Source: a virus
Lineage: Duplodnaviria; Heunggongvirae; Uroviricota; Caudoviricetes
DNA: 64,000 nucleotides
Direction: 5' to 3' (one strand)
IMG/VR virus record: IMGVR_UViG_3300014038_000199
In this document: positions 39,784 to 49,986 of the stretch, in pieces
How positions within the stretch are numbered: the first letter of the stretch is position 1
How the letters are laid out: every line of letters starts with the position of its first letter
Notes under the pieces: generated by a model
What the model was told of the DNA's origin: nothing
What the model saw: the letters and a program-made list of their open reading frames with translations, nothing else
Database searches by the model: none
Translations under genes and position numbers: made by a program

Positions 39784-40431
39784 ATGGGAAAATTTGATTT
39801 GTCTTCTAGTTTATTGAATAAGTTTGCAGATGCTGTTTGTAATGAGATAGGTAGTATGGTTTTAGATGGGGTACACTATATAAGCTTAAAAGATAGCAAT
39901 GATAATAAGATTGCAATAGACAGATTAAAGAATTTGCGTATAGAATTAGACGCAAATAAGAAAAAGCCTACTGAATTTTTAGAGATAATAAAAGTGAGTA
40001 ACGGATATGTTTTTATTTTAGATAAGGAACTTACTTATTATTTGTTTAAGCTTTTAATAAAAGCCAGTAACACTACTGAATTTGATAATCTTGTGAAAAC
40101 TATTCCAGAAAAGCCAGATAAGATTATAGAAAACAGTAAACTACAATTAGCAAAGTTATGTAACTTTATATTTAATAAAAAGAAGAAAGATACTGTAGAT
40201 GTGTGTTTATATAATGCTAATGATGTTGATAAGTTTAATGTAAGTGCTGTAACTAAAGATGATGAAAGAGTTTTAGTGCAGTATAATGCTTTCAGATTAA
40301 CTCAAACAGATTTAGATGATATAAATAAACTATATCTGATAAAGAAGAACATGAGGATATCAGGTAGTCAGATTTGTGAGATATTAGAAGATTGTGTACT
40401 TGTAAGATTAACTTTAGACAGTGTAGGTTAG
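39784..40431 (+). CDS. Hypothetical protein
   Basis: 215-aa ORF tightly packed in the operon. Confidence 0.7.
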   Translation: MGKFDLSSSLLNKFADAVCNEIGSMVLDGVHYISLKDSNDNKIAIDRLKNLRIELDANKKKPTEFLEIIKVSNGYVFILDKELTYYLFKLLIKASNTTEFDNLVKTIPEKPDKIIENSKLQLAKLCNFIFNKKKKDTVDVCLYNANDVDKFNVSAVTKDDERVLVQYNAFRLTQTDLDDINKLYLIKKNMRISGSQICEILEDCVLVRLTLDSVG

Positions 40432-40433
40432 AT

Positions 40434-41378
40434 ATGACAGATAAAATTCAAGTAGTAACTGTGATAAATAATAAAGAAAGTTTATTAGAGATAGATAAAA
40501 ATAAGCTATTTACAATAAAGAGAGATTTAATACTGGGTATAGATGGAAGTACAACAAATACGGGTATAGGTTTAATAGATTATGTTAATGGTAGTGTATT
40601 AGGTTCTATATCTTTAACAAGAGAGCAATCTGAATCAGCTGTAAGATATAAAGTAAGATTTAAGGAGTACATGGTAGAACTGCTAAGTAACCTTAATATA
40701 AAAATTATATTTTATGAACAGCCATTTATAAATTCCAATTTTCCAGATACAGTAAGGGCTTTGTTCATGTTAAGAAGTTCAATAGATGAAATTAAAATAG
40801 AGCAAGAACCTAAGTTTGACACTGTAGAACATATAGAAGTTCCTAATACTAAGTGGAAAAGTGCATTATTACCGTCTAAATTACCAAGTGGAACTGAAGC
40901 TCAAAAGAAAGCAGTAAGAGATTATATCTTAAGTACATTACCAATATTGTCTGGTCTATCAGAGGATGAATACGATGGAATAGGGCTTGGCATAGCAGGC
41001 TACAAGACAATAAGAGGTGGAGATGCCTCAGATTTAGGTGTAAGTAAGAAAGCAAAACCTTTCAAGTATGAGGTAAAATTCATAGGAGCAGATGATGATG
41101 AAGATTTTTTAGAGGAGTATTCTTATGAAGTAAAGAATTATAAAATACCAGCTATAGTACTTGATAATGGTGCATTATTATGTGGTATCAGTGGAAAAGG
41201 TTTATTTAATAATTATGTTTATAAGGAGATGGGAGATAATGATATGCTCCTTATTCTAAGGTTTTCCAGTAAACATCATTCCAGTGTTGTATTAGAACAT
41301 AGGTTAGCTAATTTAACTCATTATAAGTATATTTATGCTATTATTTGGAGAAAATACAGACATATATCTAGGAGGTAA
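40434..41378 (+). CDS. RuvC-like Holliday junction resolvase with C-terminal extension
   Basis: ILGIDGSTTNTGIG, FYEQP, KWK...KKAV, DEYDGIGLG. Confidence 0.8.
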   Translation: MTDKIQVVTVINNKESLLEIDKNKLFTIKRDLILGIDGSTTNTGIGLIDYVNGSVLGSISLTREQSESAVRYKVRFKEYMVELLSNLNIKIIFYEQPFINSNFPDTVRALFMLRSSIDEIKIEQEPKFDTVEHIEVPNTKWKSALLPSKLPSGTEAQKKAVRDYILSTLPILSGLSEDEYDGIGLGIAGYKTIRGGDASDLGVSKKAKPFKYEVKFIGADDDEDFLEEYSYEVKNYKIPAIVLDNGALLCGISGKGLFNNYVYKEMGDNDMLLILRFSSKHHSSVVLEHRLANLTHYKYIYAIIWRKYRHISRR

Positions 41379-41382
41379 GACA

Positions 41383-41877
41383 ATGGCTATTTGTAAAATA
41401 TGCGGTAAAGAGATATCAGATAATACTAACGGTATTTGTGAGGATTGCTTAAAGCTTGTGGATAATTCAGAAAATATTTCTGTTTATGAGGATGCATCTG
41501 ATGACAGCTATATTTGGGAGAATTATGATAATTACAGCAATTCAGACTATTCATTACAAAAAAGTTCAGATGATATTCTATACACTGACTCTGGGGATAT
41601 TAACATAGTAGATGATATAAGTAATATTATAGATGACTTAGATTGTAATGAGGATGGCAGTGATTTTTATAATGATATTAAGGGTACTTCTAAAAAATAC
41701 AGAGATTTCAGATTTGACATAGCTAATAATAAAAAACATTCAGATGATTATAATAAGTTAATGGAATTTTATAAAGATGACATAGAGAATGGATTATACC
41801 ATATAGGATTAGCAGATGAAATTACTGAAGATACTATTGTAGTGGATGCAAGTAGAGGTGTTGTTATTTATGAATAG
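41383..41877 (+). CDS. Acidic protein with N-terminal Zn finger
   Basis: CKICG...CEDC. AGGAGG RBS. Confidence 0.7.
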   Translation: MAICKICGKEISDNTNGICEDCLKLVDNSENISVYEDASDDSYIWENYDNYSNSDYSLQKSSDDILYTDSGDINIVDDISNIIDDLDCNEDGSDFYNDIKGTSKKYRDFRFDIANNKKHSDDYNKLMEFYKDDIENGLYHIGLADEITEDTIVVDASRGVVIYE

Positions 41878-43084
41878 CGGAGATAAAGATATGTATAGTA
41901 GGGATGACTTAGAACTTTTGAATAGGTTAGGTTTTGGTTCTGATGTAAGCAAGTTAGAAAAGTATGTTGAGTCTTTACAAGATTATGCCTCTACTGGAGA
42001 GCCAATAGTAAGTGATGATATTTATGATACGCATATAAAATTATTAAGTAAATTAAAGCCTGACAGCTTATTACTAAAGAGAAATTGGGAAAACTATGAG
42101 GATGATTTAGATAACAGTGATATTCTTTTAGATAAATTTGGAATGAGAAGTATAAGGACTATAAAAGATATGTCTGAATTAAATTATTTTGTAAGAGATA
42201 TATTAAAGTCCAGTGATTTAAGAGTTGTAGCCACCACAAAGCTAAACGGACATGCTGTCAGGGCTGTTTATGAGAAAGGCTACTTAATATCAGGTTCTAC
42301 TCGTGGAAGATATAAAAAGGGAAGAGATATAACCAGACATTTGAAACAGCTATTACCTAATTATGTCAAAGAATGGAGTTCTGAACCTTTAGTAGAAGTA
42401 AGAGGAGAGTTATTAGTTAGTTATAAGAATTTTGAAAAAGTAAGACATATATTAAAAACTCCATTAAGTTCTGTTACTTCTTTTATTAAAGAGTCAGCAA
42501 CTAATGAAGAGATAGGTTTACTTGATGTATTATGTTATAAGATAATAAAATTAAGGGATTTTGGTAACGGATATGATTGTTTGTCTACTGAAATACTGGA
42601 ACTTGGCAAGTTAGGGTTTAAGACTCCAGTTTATAAAGTAAGGACAGTTATAAATCAAGATAATTTTTATTCAGAAATGGAAAGGTTGATTAGTGCTTTT
42701 AACAGTAAAAAAAGCAGTTTAGATTATGATACAGATGGCATAGTAGTTTGTATAGATGACAATGATATTTTTTATAAGTTAGGATTAGACGGAAATACTT
42801 TTTTAGGTAACTTTGCATTAAAGATTGGCTCAGAATATGGAACTAAAGTTTATCAGAGTATAATAAAAGACATTGAGTGGGTACACGGTAAAACTTATAT
42901 AACTCCAAAGGCTCTTATAGAACCTACTAGAACAGCTAACGGAGCAGTTGTAAGTGTTGTTCCTTTGTACAATGTAGGAATGGTGGAGAAGTTAAGAGCA
43001 ATACCTAATGAAAGTATTTATTTTACTTTTGGAAGAGAAACTGGAGTAAGCCTTTGTGATTCAATGGGTAATAAGATAAGTTAG
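41870..43084 (+). CDS. ligA: NAD-dependent DNA ligase, N-terminal half (Ia + adenylation + OB)
   Basis: Y...P.VSD..YD, KLNG (KxDG site), STRG, EVRGEL, YDTDGIVV, FALK, and OB fold ITPKALIEP...LYN. Ends before the Zn finger. Confidence 0.85.
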   Translation: MNSGDKDMYSRDDLELLNRLGFGSDVSKLEKYVESLQDYASTGEPIVSDDIYDTHIKLLSKLKPDSLLLKRNWENYEDDLDNSDILLDKFGMRSIRTIKDMSELNYFVRDILKSSDLRVVATTKLNGHAVRAVYEKGYLISGSTRGRYKKGRDITRHLKQLLPNYVKEWSSEPLVEVRGELLVSYKNFEKVRHILKTPLSSVTSFIKESATNEEIGLLDVLCYKIIKLRDFGNGYDCLSTEILELGKLGFKTPVYKVRTVINQDNFYSEMERLISAFNSKKSSLDYDTDGIVVCIDDNDIFYKLGLDGNTFLGNFALKIGSEYGTKVYQSIIKDIEWVHGKTYITPKALIEPTRTANGAVVSVVPLYNVGMVEKLRAIPNESIYFTFGRETGVSLCDSMGNKIS

Positions 43085-43172
43085 ATTTTATAAACCTGTA
43101 TTTGTTATAAAGGTAAGTAAATTGGAATAATGTATTTATTTTTATAACAAGTGTATGGAGGTGGATAACCTA

Positions 43173-44882
43173 ATGGGTTTAGAAATTAATGTAGATGATT
43201 TAAGTTATACGGATGATGATAGGTTAGTGGATAAAGATGGTAGAGAAGTTATCATGGATGGTGATGGCAACCTGTATTATGCGGATGAAACTAGCCAATC
43301 CAATACTAGCTCTAATTATACAGAGCCAAGTATTTCTAATATACAATCACAAGCAATAGAAAGCAGTACGGATAGTTTATTAGGAAATAATGATGAATTA
43401 GTAAACATTTTTGATTCAGGTAGTACAGCTAGTGCAGATGACACAGAAGATACCGATGATATACTAAGTACATCTAATTTAGATGATATGAATTATACAG
43501 GTTACAGTTCAGATTCTGAGGATACTGTTTTAGAAAGAGAGTCAGAAAGTAATAACATTCAAGAAGATAACTCAAGCAGTAATAATACTAACATAGCTAC
43601 AGTTACTTCCAATGATTTTATAGATGATAGTGGAAATATAGTTGTAATGAGTTCTGGAGGTGGAGAAAATACTTTTGATATTGAGATTATTAATTATAAA
43701 AATATAGCTGTACCCAGTAGAATAAGGAGCGGTAGAAATGTAGAGGACTTAGTTAAGAGTATTAAAGGAACTGGATTACTTAATCCAATAGTAGTAGCAC
43801 CTTTAATTACTTCTGGCAAATATGTTTTAATAGATGGGTATAGGCGTTTATTAGCTTGTGTAAAGTGTGGTATTACTGATATACCTGTTGTTGTAAATAA
43901 TAGAATTAAGACCACTGAAGTTCCTGTCTTAGAGGCTTTGTATAACAGAAGTAAAAAATATACCATGAAAGACATGGTAGATTATATTAATTACCTTGAG
44001 AAAGAAAAGGGAATAACCAATCCAACTACTATAGAGTACTTATTAGACTTAGACAGTGGAGATTACAGTAAGTTAAAAGATATTATACTAGATAATGACC
44101 CTGATATAGTAGAAAAGTTATTACTAGGTCAAATGACAATCCAGCAAGCTTTTAAGGCTCTTGAGAAAAGGCGTTCAAAGGAAAGTAAAGAGGAAAAAGA
44201 CCTTAAGATGGCTTCAAATGTATATTCTGATACAGAAGAGTCTGGAATAGATAGCATAGAGGCAGTCGGAGAGTTAGGAGATGAAGGCTCAGCACTTACA
44301 GATGAACAAGTAGAGAGCATAGGAACTGACTTAAGTAAGATAGATGATGACATAGAGGATAAATCACTTGATGAAATGGTAGAAGAAAGTAATTCTACTG
44401 CTGGATTTGAGCCACATCAGCAAAAAGTAGGGGAAAGAGAGTATATAGACCCTATAATTAAAAAGACAGTCTTTGCAAGAGATAATTTTACTTGTAAGTG
44501 CTGTTTAGAGGGTGGTGAAAGCTATGTAGATGTTATGGATTTTCACCATGTATTGCCAGTTTATTTGGGAGGTAAAGATACTCCTGATAATGGTGTAACA
44601 CTTTGTGTTAAGTGTCATAGATTTGTTCATTTATGGAGTACAGGAGATTTACATTTACCTAAAGAAAAAACTGATTTAGAATTATCTGAACTTAGTGAAG
44701 AAGATAAATTTAAGTATAAAGCAGAGCAAGCCAAGTTTAAGAAGATAGTGTTTATAGGTAACAAAATAAGACAGGCTATGGCTCAAAGGGGAATAAACAG
44801 AGAGCAATTCAAAAAAGAGCATAGTAATGCTGGCATAGGAAGAAGAAAACCAGGAGTTAATGCTCCTCAAGAAAAAGGTTAA
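43173..44882 (+). CDS. ParB/Srx-domain protein fused to a C-terminal HNH nuclease
   Basis: LVKSIK..GLLNPIVV...LIDGYRRL, then RDNFTCKCC...HHVLPVYLGG...NGVTLCVKCH. Acidic N-terminus. Confidence 0.85.
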   Translation: MGLEINVDDLSYTDDDRLVDKDGREVIMDGDGNLYYADETSQSNTSSNYTEPSISNIQSQAIESSTDSLLGNNDELVNIFDSGSTASADDTEDTDDILSTSNLDDMNYTGYSSDSEDTVLERESESNNIQEDNSSSNNTNIATVTSNDFIDDSGNIVVMSSGGGENTFDIEIINYKNIAVPSRIRSGRNVEDLVKSIKGTGLLNPIVVAPLITSGKYVLIDGYRRLLACVKCGITDIPVVVNNRIKTTEVPVLEALYNRSKKYTMKDMVDYINYLEKEKGITNPTTIEYLLDLDSGDYSKLKDIILDNDPDIVEKLLLGQMTIQQAFKALEKRRSKESKEEKDLKMASNVYSDTEESGIDSIEAVGELGDEGSALTDEQVESIGTDLSKIDDDIEDKSLDEMVEESNSTAGFEPHQQKVGEREYIDPIIKKTVFARDNFTCKCCLEGGESYVDVMDFHHVLPVYLGGKDTPDNGVTLCVKCHRFVHLWSTGDLHLPKEKTDLELSELSEEDKFKYKAEQAKFKKIVFIGNKIRQAMAQRGINREQFKKEHSNAGIGRRKPGVNAPQEKG

Positions 44883-44909
44883 TCATTTATTAGAGGGGGA
44901 TTAAATCAA

Positions 44910-45404
44910 ATGTATTTCAGTGATAGGATATTTAATGAAAGTGTATTAAAGAAATTATTATACTTGTTAGGATGTATGGTTGTTGTATATTGCTGTATAA
45001 ATACTGGTTTCAGCTATCTTATTTTAATTATGGGATACATAATAGTTGCGGTTAAAAAGCGTTTAAGTGTAAGTTCTGTAGGTTTCAGCTATTGTTTGTT
45101 TTTAATGCTTACAGGATTAAGCTTTGATACAAAGTTTATGACTATTATAGCCATAATATTTAGCTTAGTTTACCCAATATATGATAGAAAAAACCTAAAG
45201 TATTTTGTTGTAGTTTTTATTCTTTATATAGGGTTTGCTTTTATAGACATGGGGTATTTGAATTTCAAAGCTAATACTATAAAAGAATTAGATGTTAAAG
45301 AAAAGCAATTTGAAATGATAAAAGAACATTGGACTGAGGATAGTTTCTATAAACAAGCTTTAGAAAATACTGATATTAGCAGTTTTAAGCTAATTAAGCA
45401 ATAA
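44910..45404 (+). CDS. Multi-pass membrane protein
   Basis: Several hydrophobic segments. Confidence 0.7.
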   Translation: MYFSDRIFNESVLKKLLYLLGCMVVVYCCINTGFSYLILIMGYIIVAVKKRLSVSSVGFSYCLFLMLTGLSFDTKFMTIIAIIFSLVYPIYDRKNLKYFVVVFILYIGFAFIDMGYLNFKANTIKELDVKEKQFEMIKEHWTEDSFYKQALENTDISSFKLIKQ

Positions 45405-45445
45405 AGTAGTTTACAGAAATTATAGTATTAAGGGAGGCTCGGAGG

Positions 45446-46780
45446 ATGTTATCAAACAAAGTCATAATAGAAGAATATACTGTAGTAAAAGACAAACTGA
45501 CTGGTTTATGTGGAGTTAATCGTATAAGAAAAGATGGTACTCAAAGTGAGGTATTACCAAAAGTTTATAGGGATGTAGTATTTGCCTGTAGCTATGGTAA
45601 AAAATACTTTGCCATTAAGGATATTGAAACTATAGATGGGTATACAATATTTAATTACAGCAGAACAGCTAGTATAGATTCTGTAGTAGACATAAGATTT
45701 TTAGAAAGGGCTATTTGGGTAAGAAAGTTAGCAACTACGGGTAAATACAAATGGCATTTATTAGATGAAAAATTACAAATAAAACAGTCAACTCCTGACT
45801 TTTTACTTCCTGTATTTGGAGAGAATTGGCATATATGCAGAAGAGTAGGTTCAGTAGCTGTAGAAACTGTTTCTTTAAGAGATGAGCCTGATACAAGATA
45901 TAATATCAACTTAGAGAGTGGAGAGTATTCAGAGATTTTATCTTCATCTCATAGAGTTAAAGAAGTCAAAGAATTAACTGCTTATGATATAAAGGTCATT
46001 GATAATAAGATTATTTCTAAAGACAGTAACGGAAAAGAAAAAGTAATAGCTACAGTACATGATTTTTCTTTAATAGAGCCAATAATAAGTGCATTGTTAA
46101 ATACAGAGCCTATCAAAATTGATTCAGAGAAAGTTTATGAGAATATAAATAAAGCTTTGGCTGAGGAATTTATAAAAGCTATATCAACTATTAAAACAGG
46201 AGATGTAGGACATCATATAACTTATTTAGCTCTTTATGTAGGTAAAGTTTATAATATAAGCATAGGAACCATTGAATTTCTAATAGCTATGAACAAAGAA
46301 CTTAGTTCAGGATATACTAAATTTAATTCCTATGAGTCCTCTGGTGATATTTGGGAATTTGGTGTTAAGCTGTATAAAATAGAAGATGAGATAATGATAA
46401 TTAGTAAGTTATTTAATGATAAATATGTAGGTAGAGTTAATTTCGATATAACTGATAAAGGAGTTGGAATAACAAATAATAAGTACGAATTACTTAAGAT
46501 AGACGATTTTGAAGTTATTAAGCCTATTAAAGATTTAGACAATATTTCAAATGCTGATTTACCAATTCCTGATAGCATAAAAAATCAGACTGGTTTAATC
46601 AAGACTATAGAAAGTTTCAGTTATCTTTTTGGAGATAGGGTAGTAGCTGATATAAAAGACCAAAAAATCAGTTTAGACATTTATTTTAATTTTATGTATG
46701 GGCCTAAGGAAAATAAGAGAAAGAAAGGAAAGGTATACTCTGTGGCTACTTATAATAATGCAGTAAGAGTAGTGGGATAA
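45446..46780 (+). CDS. Hypothetical protein
   Basis: 444-aa ORF with RBS. Confidence 0.7.
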   Translation: MLSNKVIIEEYTVVKDKLTGLCGVNRIRKDGTQSEVLPKVYRDVVFACSYGKKYFAIKDIETIDGYTIFNYSRTASIDSVVDIRFLERAIWVRKLATTGKYKWHLLDEKLQIKQSTPDFLLPVFGENWHICRRVGSVAVETVSLRDEPDTRYNINLESGEYSEILSSSHRVKEVKELTAYDIKVIDNKIISKDSNGKEKVIATVHDFSLIEPIISALLNTEPIKIDSEKVYENINKALAEEFIKAISTIKTGDVGHHITYLALYVGKVYNISIGTIEFLIAMNKELSSGYTKFNSYESSGDIWEFGVKLYKIEDEIMIISKLFNDKYVGRVNFDITDKGVGITNNKYELLKIDDFEVIKPIKDLDNISNADLPIPDSIKNQTGLIKTIESFSYLFGDRVVADIKDQKISLDIYFNFMYGPKENKRKKGKVYSVATYNNAVRVVG

Positions 46781-46784
46781 TAAA

Positions 46785-47648
46785 ATGATAACATATCAAG
46801 ATGTTATAGCCAATGATTTAATAGATAGTGATGTTTTAGAGTATATTCCAAGGCATTGTGAATGTGGTGGAGATATTGAGTTTACTGAAAGTCTTAAGCA
46901 GATAGCTTGTAATAATTCTTTATGCTATTATAAGATAGCTTCAAGATTAGAGAGTATGTGTAAAACTCTTAAGGTAGATGGTTTTGGAGAGAGTAGTTGC
47001 ATAAAGATTTGTAAGGATTTCAAGTTAAAGAGTCCATTTCAGGTGTTTTTGCTTGCTGGTAAGAATTTAGAGGGTGTAGCAGCTTTTACATCAAAAATAG
47101 CTAGTTTATTAGAGGCATTAAAGCAACCTATGGAATTGTGGGAAATGGTAAACTTATGTAATATTCCAAGCATAGATAGTTTAGCATATAAATTATTTGG
47201 AAAGTATAGTACAATAGAAGAGGCTTATAAAGACTTTGAAGAATTACAAGTACCCTACATAGCAAGTTTATTAGGACATTCCAATGGTGTTATGTCAGCT
47301 AACATTTATAATTTACTTATTAAGTATAAAGCTGAATTAATGTATGGAGAAAGTAAGTGCAATATTAAAAAGTTAAACATACCTAAGATTGTTATTGCAA
47401 TATCTGAAACTCCAGAGGGCTTTGGTACAAAGTCCAGTTATGTTAATAGGCTAAATGAGATATTGGATGGCAAAGCTTCTATATTATTAAGTCAGACTGT
47501 TAATAAATCTATAAGTTATTTAGTTTGCAATCCAACTGCTACAACAAGTAAGGTTAAAAAGGCAAATGCTTTGATAGAAAATGGGGCAGATATAGAGATA
47601 GTTGACAGTGATGAATTAATTGATATACTTTCAAATGAATTTGCATAA
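46785..47648 (+). CDS. NAD-dependent DNA ligase, C-terminal half (Zn finger + HhH + BRCT)
   Basis: PRHCECGG...CNNSLC, VDGFGE, IPSI (HhH), and BRCT TVNKSISYLV...SKVKKA...IEIVD. Confidence 0.8.
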   Translation: MITYQDVIANDLIDSDVLEYIPRHCECGGDIEFTESLKQIACNNSLCYYKIASRLESMCKTLKVDGFGESSCIKICKDFKLKSPFQVFLLAGKNLEGVAAFTSKIASLLEALKQPMELWEMVNLCNIPSIDSLAYKLFGKYSTIEEAYKDFEELQVPYIASLLGHSNGVMSANIYNLLIKYKAELMYGESKCNIKKLNIPKIVIAISETPEGFGTKSSYVNRLNEILDGKASILLSQTVNKSISYLVCNPTATTSKVKKANALIENGADIEIVDSDELIDILSNEFA

Positions 47649-47656
47649 ACACTAAT

Positions 47657-47685
47657 TTGACAAAGTAAATATTTTATGGTATAAT
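47657..47685 (+). promoter_or_regulatory. Consensus sigmaA promoter with extended -10
   Basis: TTGACA-17 nt-TATAAT with TG at -15/-14. Confidence 0.85.
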
Positions 47686-47719
47686 ATAAGTATCCTTAAA
47701 GTATTTACTTTTTATACAG

Positions 47720-47749
47720 AGCCAGTGGTGTGCAACCATTGGCTTTTTT
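47720..47749 (+). terminator. Terminator about 35 nt after the promoter
   Basis: AGCCAGTGGT-GTGCA-ACCATTGGCT followed by TTTTT. Confidence 0.7.
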
Positions 47750-47762
47750 ATTGGAGGAAAGC

Positions 47763-48092
47763 GTGGTTTCTATAATTATAGTTGATGCAATGGCTTTAGT
47801 TTTTATAAAGTTATTGAATGTTTTTGGAAAAGATGTATATAAAAGTAAATTAAATTACTGTATGTCTGTGTTTTTACTTTTAAGTACACATATAATAATT
47901 TCTTCAAGAATGATAGATACATATAAGACAGTGGAGAGCAAGTTTATAATGTTGATTATAAGTTTGTTTATAGGTATTTTATATTTTATAGCAGGTGGAT
48001 TTATAATTAATATTAAAAAAGTTAAGACTATATTATTTTGTGAAGCAATTCAAATAGCTATGTTAGTGATATTAACATATATAAGGTTGTAG
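47763..48092 (+). CDS. Small multi-pass membrane protein
   Basis: GGAGG + GTG at 47763; about 4 hydrophobic segments. Confidence 0.7.
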   Translation: MVSIIIVDAMALVFIKLLNVFGKDVYKSKLNYCMSVFLLLSTHIIISSRMIDTYKTVESKFIMLIISLFIGILYFIAGGFIINIKKVKTILFCEAIQIAMLVILTYIRL

Positions 48093-48095
48093 AGT

Positions 48096-48860
48096 ATGGA
48101 TAAAGTTGATTATAAATTAAGTTCTTATGAGTTAGACATACTACAGGGGTATGGTTACAGTACTAAGTTTTGGTTAGATGAGAATGGAAAACAATATTTA
48201 ATTAAAATAGATACACCATTAATGGAGTCATTAAATGAGTATGCTTCTAGTCAGTTGGCTTTGGCTTTTGGAGTAGACTGTGTAGTTTATGAGAAAATAA
48301 AAGTAGATTTGGATGGGTATGAGTATAGTGCTATCAAGTGTGAGAGTTATATTAAAGAAAATGATGAAGAGCATACGGTATACAATATAATAAGAGAGTT
48401 TCCAAAACAAAAATTATTAAGTGCAGAAAAGTTTATTTGGTTATTAGATAGGCTATCTGAAAAAACAGGTGCAGATAAAGAATACTTAAGAAATGGATTA
48501 TTAAAAATAGCAACTTTTGATTATATAGTTTGCAACTTAGATAGGCACTTAAATAACATAGTGTTATTAAAATCTGATAAAGGTTACAGGTTTTCACCTT
48601 TGTTTGACTTTGGAAGAACATTTGCAGGAGCCAAGGACATAAAGACTGATTCAGATATACAATCAAGATTGAGAGAGTATTATACTATAAATAAAAGTAT
48701 AATGAAAGAAATACAGGATATGGATATTGAATATAGCAAAAAACTTGTTACTAGTTGGTTAGACACTTGTAATGGATACAAGAGCATAGATAATTTAGAT
48801 ATAGACTTAGGATATAAGAAGTTAATAAAATACAGAATAAAGCAAATATTAAGTTTATAA
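48096..48860 (+). CDS. HipA-like (HipA_C/CtkA-type) kinase
   Basis: G...K...YLIK, E...SQLA, FDYIVCNLDRHLNNI, FSPLFDFG. Confidence 0.8.
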   Translation: MDKVDYKLSSYELDILQGYGYSTKFWLDENGKQYLIKIDTPLMESLNEYASSQLALAFGVDCVVYEKIKVDLDGYEYSAIKCESYIKENDEEHTVYNIIREFPKQKLLSAEKFIWLLDRLSEKTGADKEYLRNGLLKIATFDYIVCNLDRHLNNIVLLKSDKGYRFSPLFDFGRTFAGAKDIKTDSDIQSRLREYYTINKSIMKEIQDMDIEYSKKLVTSWLDTCNGYKSIDNLDIDLGYKKLIKYRIKQILSL

Positions 48861-48872
48861 GGAGGATACAAA

Positions 48873-49247
48873 ATGAACATTATTGAATTTACTATAATGT
48901 ACTGTGATACTAAATTAGTTGATATAAAGTTAGATTATGCACTAGGTAAATTAATAAGTTATCATTTATACAAAGAGTGTCCCCATTTTATAAAAATCTG
49001 TATTTGTGATTTTGATAATAAGACTGTAGTATATAGGGCATTAATAGATTGGTTAAAAGATAGGACAATACCCGAAGAAAGGGTTAACAGAGATTACATA
49101 ATTAAAAAAGCTTATGGATTAAATCCCAATTTTGCTAATTTATTTGTTTTATTAGGTGTAGACCATGGTGTTAGTGTACTGGATGACTTCTGGGTTAAGT
49201 TTAATGGGGAGGATATAAGGTATGCAGATGTTAGAGTTAAGTACTAG
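48873..49247 (+). CDS. HipA N-terminal-like (HipS-like) small protein
   Basis: WLKDRTIPEERVN...G.S..DDFWVK. Overlaps the start of the downstream kinase. Confidence 0.6.
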   Translation: MNIIEFTIMYCDTKLVDIKLDYALGKLISYHLYKECPHFIKICICDFDNKTVVYRALIDWLKDRTIPEERVNRDYIIKKAYGLNPNFANLFVLLGVDHGVSVLDDFWVKFNGEDIRYADVRVKY

Positions 49248-49977
49248 CGATGTATTTGGTTCTTATAGTTTAGGTGAACAGTATAAATGTTGGATTAACA
49301 TAAGTGGAGTTAAACATCTTATTAAGATAAATACCAACTACAGAGAGTCATCAAAAGAAGTAACTGCTTATAAATTAGCTAAAGCATTTGGGATATCTTG
49401 TGTAGAGTATAGAGAGATACAAGTTAAATTTGTGGGTTCTGTCAGAAATGCCTGTATCTGTAGAAGTTATTTGAGGAATGGAGAAAATAGCATAAGTTTA
49501 TGGGGTAGCTTAGGTAATAGGTTTACTACAAAGAGAGGGGAGTCAGCTATCAGTTTATTTGAAAAAGTTGTAAAGAGCACTTCTTATAGACTAGGAATAA
49601 ATGAAAGAAGTTTAGCTGACTATATAAAAATTATTTTAACATTTGATTATATCATCTGCAATATAGACAGGCACTTAAACAACATAAGTTTTATAGAAAA
49701 CAATGGTATTTACAGATTTGCTCCAATATATGATAATGGAAAATCTTTTCTAAATACAGATGGAGTATTAACTGACAGTGATTTAATATCGAGGAGCAAT
49801 AAGTATAAATCAAAACCATTTTCAAGCAATCCAAAGTCTAATATTATAGATAAAGAGTACAGTAAAATTTTGGTAAATAAATGGTTAGAACATTCTGGTT
49901 GTTTAGATAAGCATATAGTAAATAAAGGACATTTGAAGATAATAAAATACAGAATTAATAAGCTATTAAATTTATAG
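49222..49977 (+). CDS. HipA-like kinase (paralog)
   Basis: S.GEQYK.W, LIK, EV.AYKLA, FDYIICNIDRHLNNI, FAPIYDNG. Confidence 0.8.
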   Translation: MQMLELSTSDVFGSYSLGEQYKCWINISGVKHLIKINTNYRESSKEVTAYKLAKAFGISCVEYREIQVKFVGSVRNACICRSYLRNGENSISLWGSLGNRFTTKRGESAISLFEKVVKSTSYRLGINERSLADYIKIILTFDYIICNIDRHLNNISFIENNGIYRFAPIYDNGKSFLNTDGVLTDSDLISRSNKYKSKPFSSNPKSNIIDKEYSKILVNKWLEHSGCLDKHIVNKGHLKIIKYRINKLLNL

Positions 49978-49986
49978 GAGGTAAAG

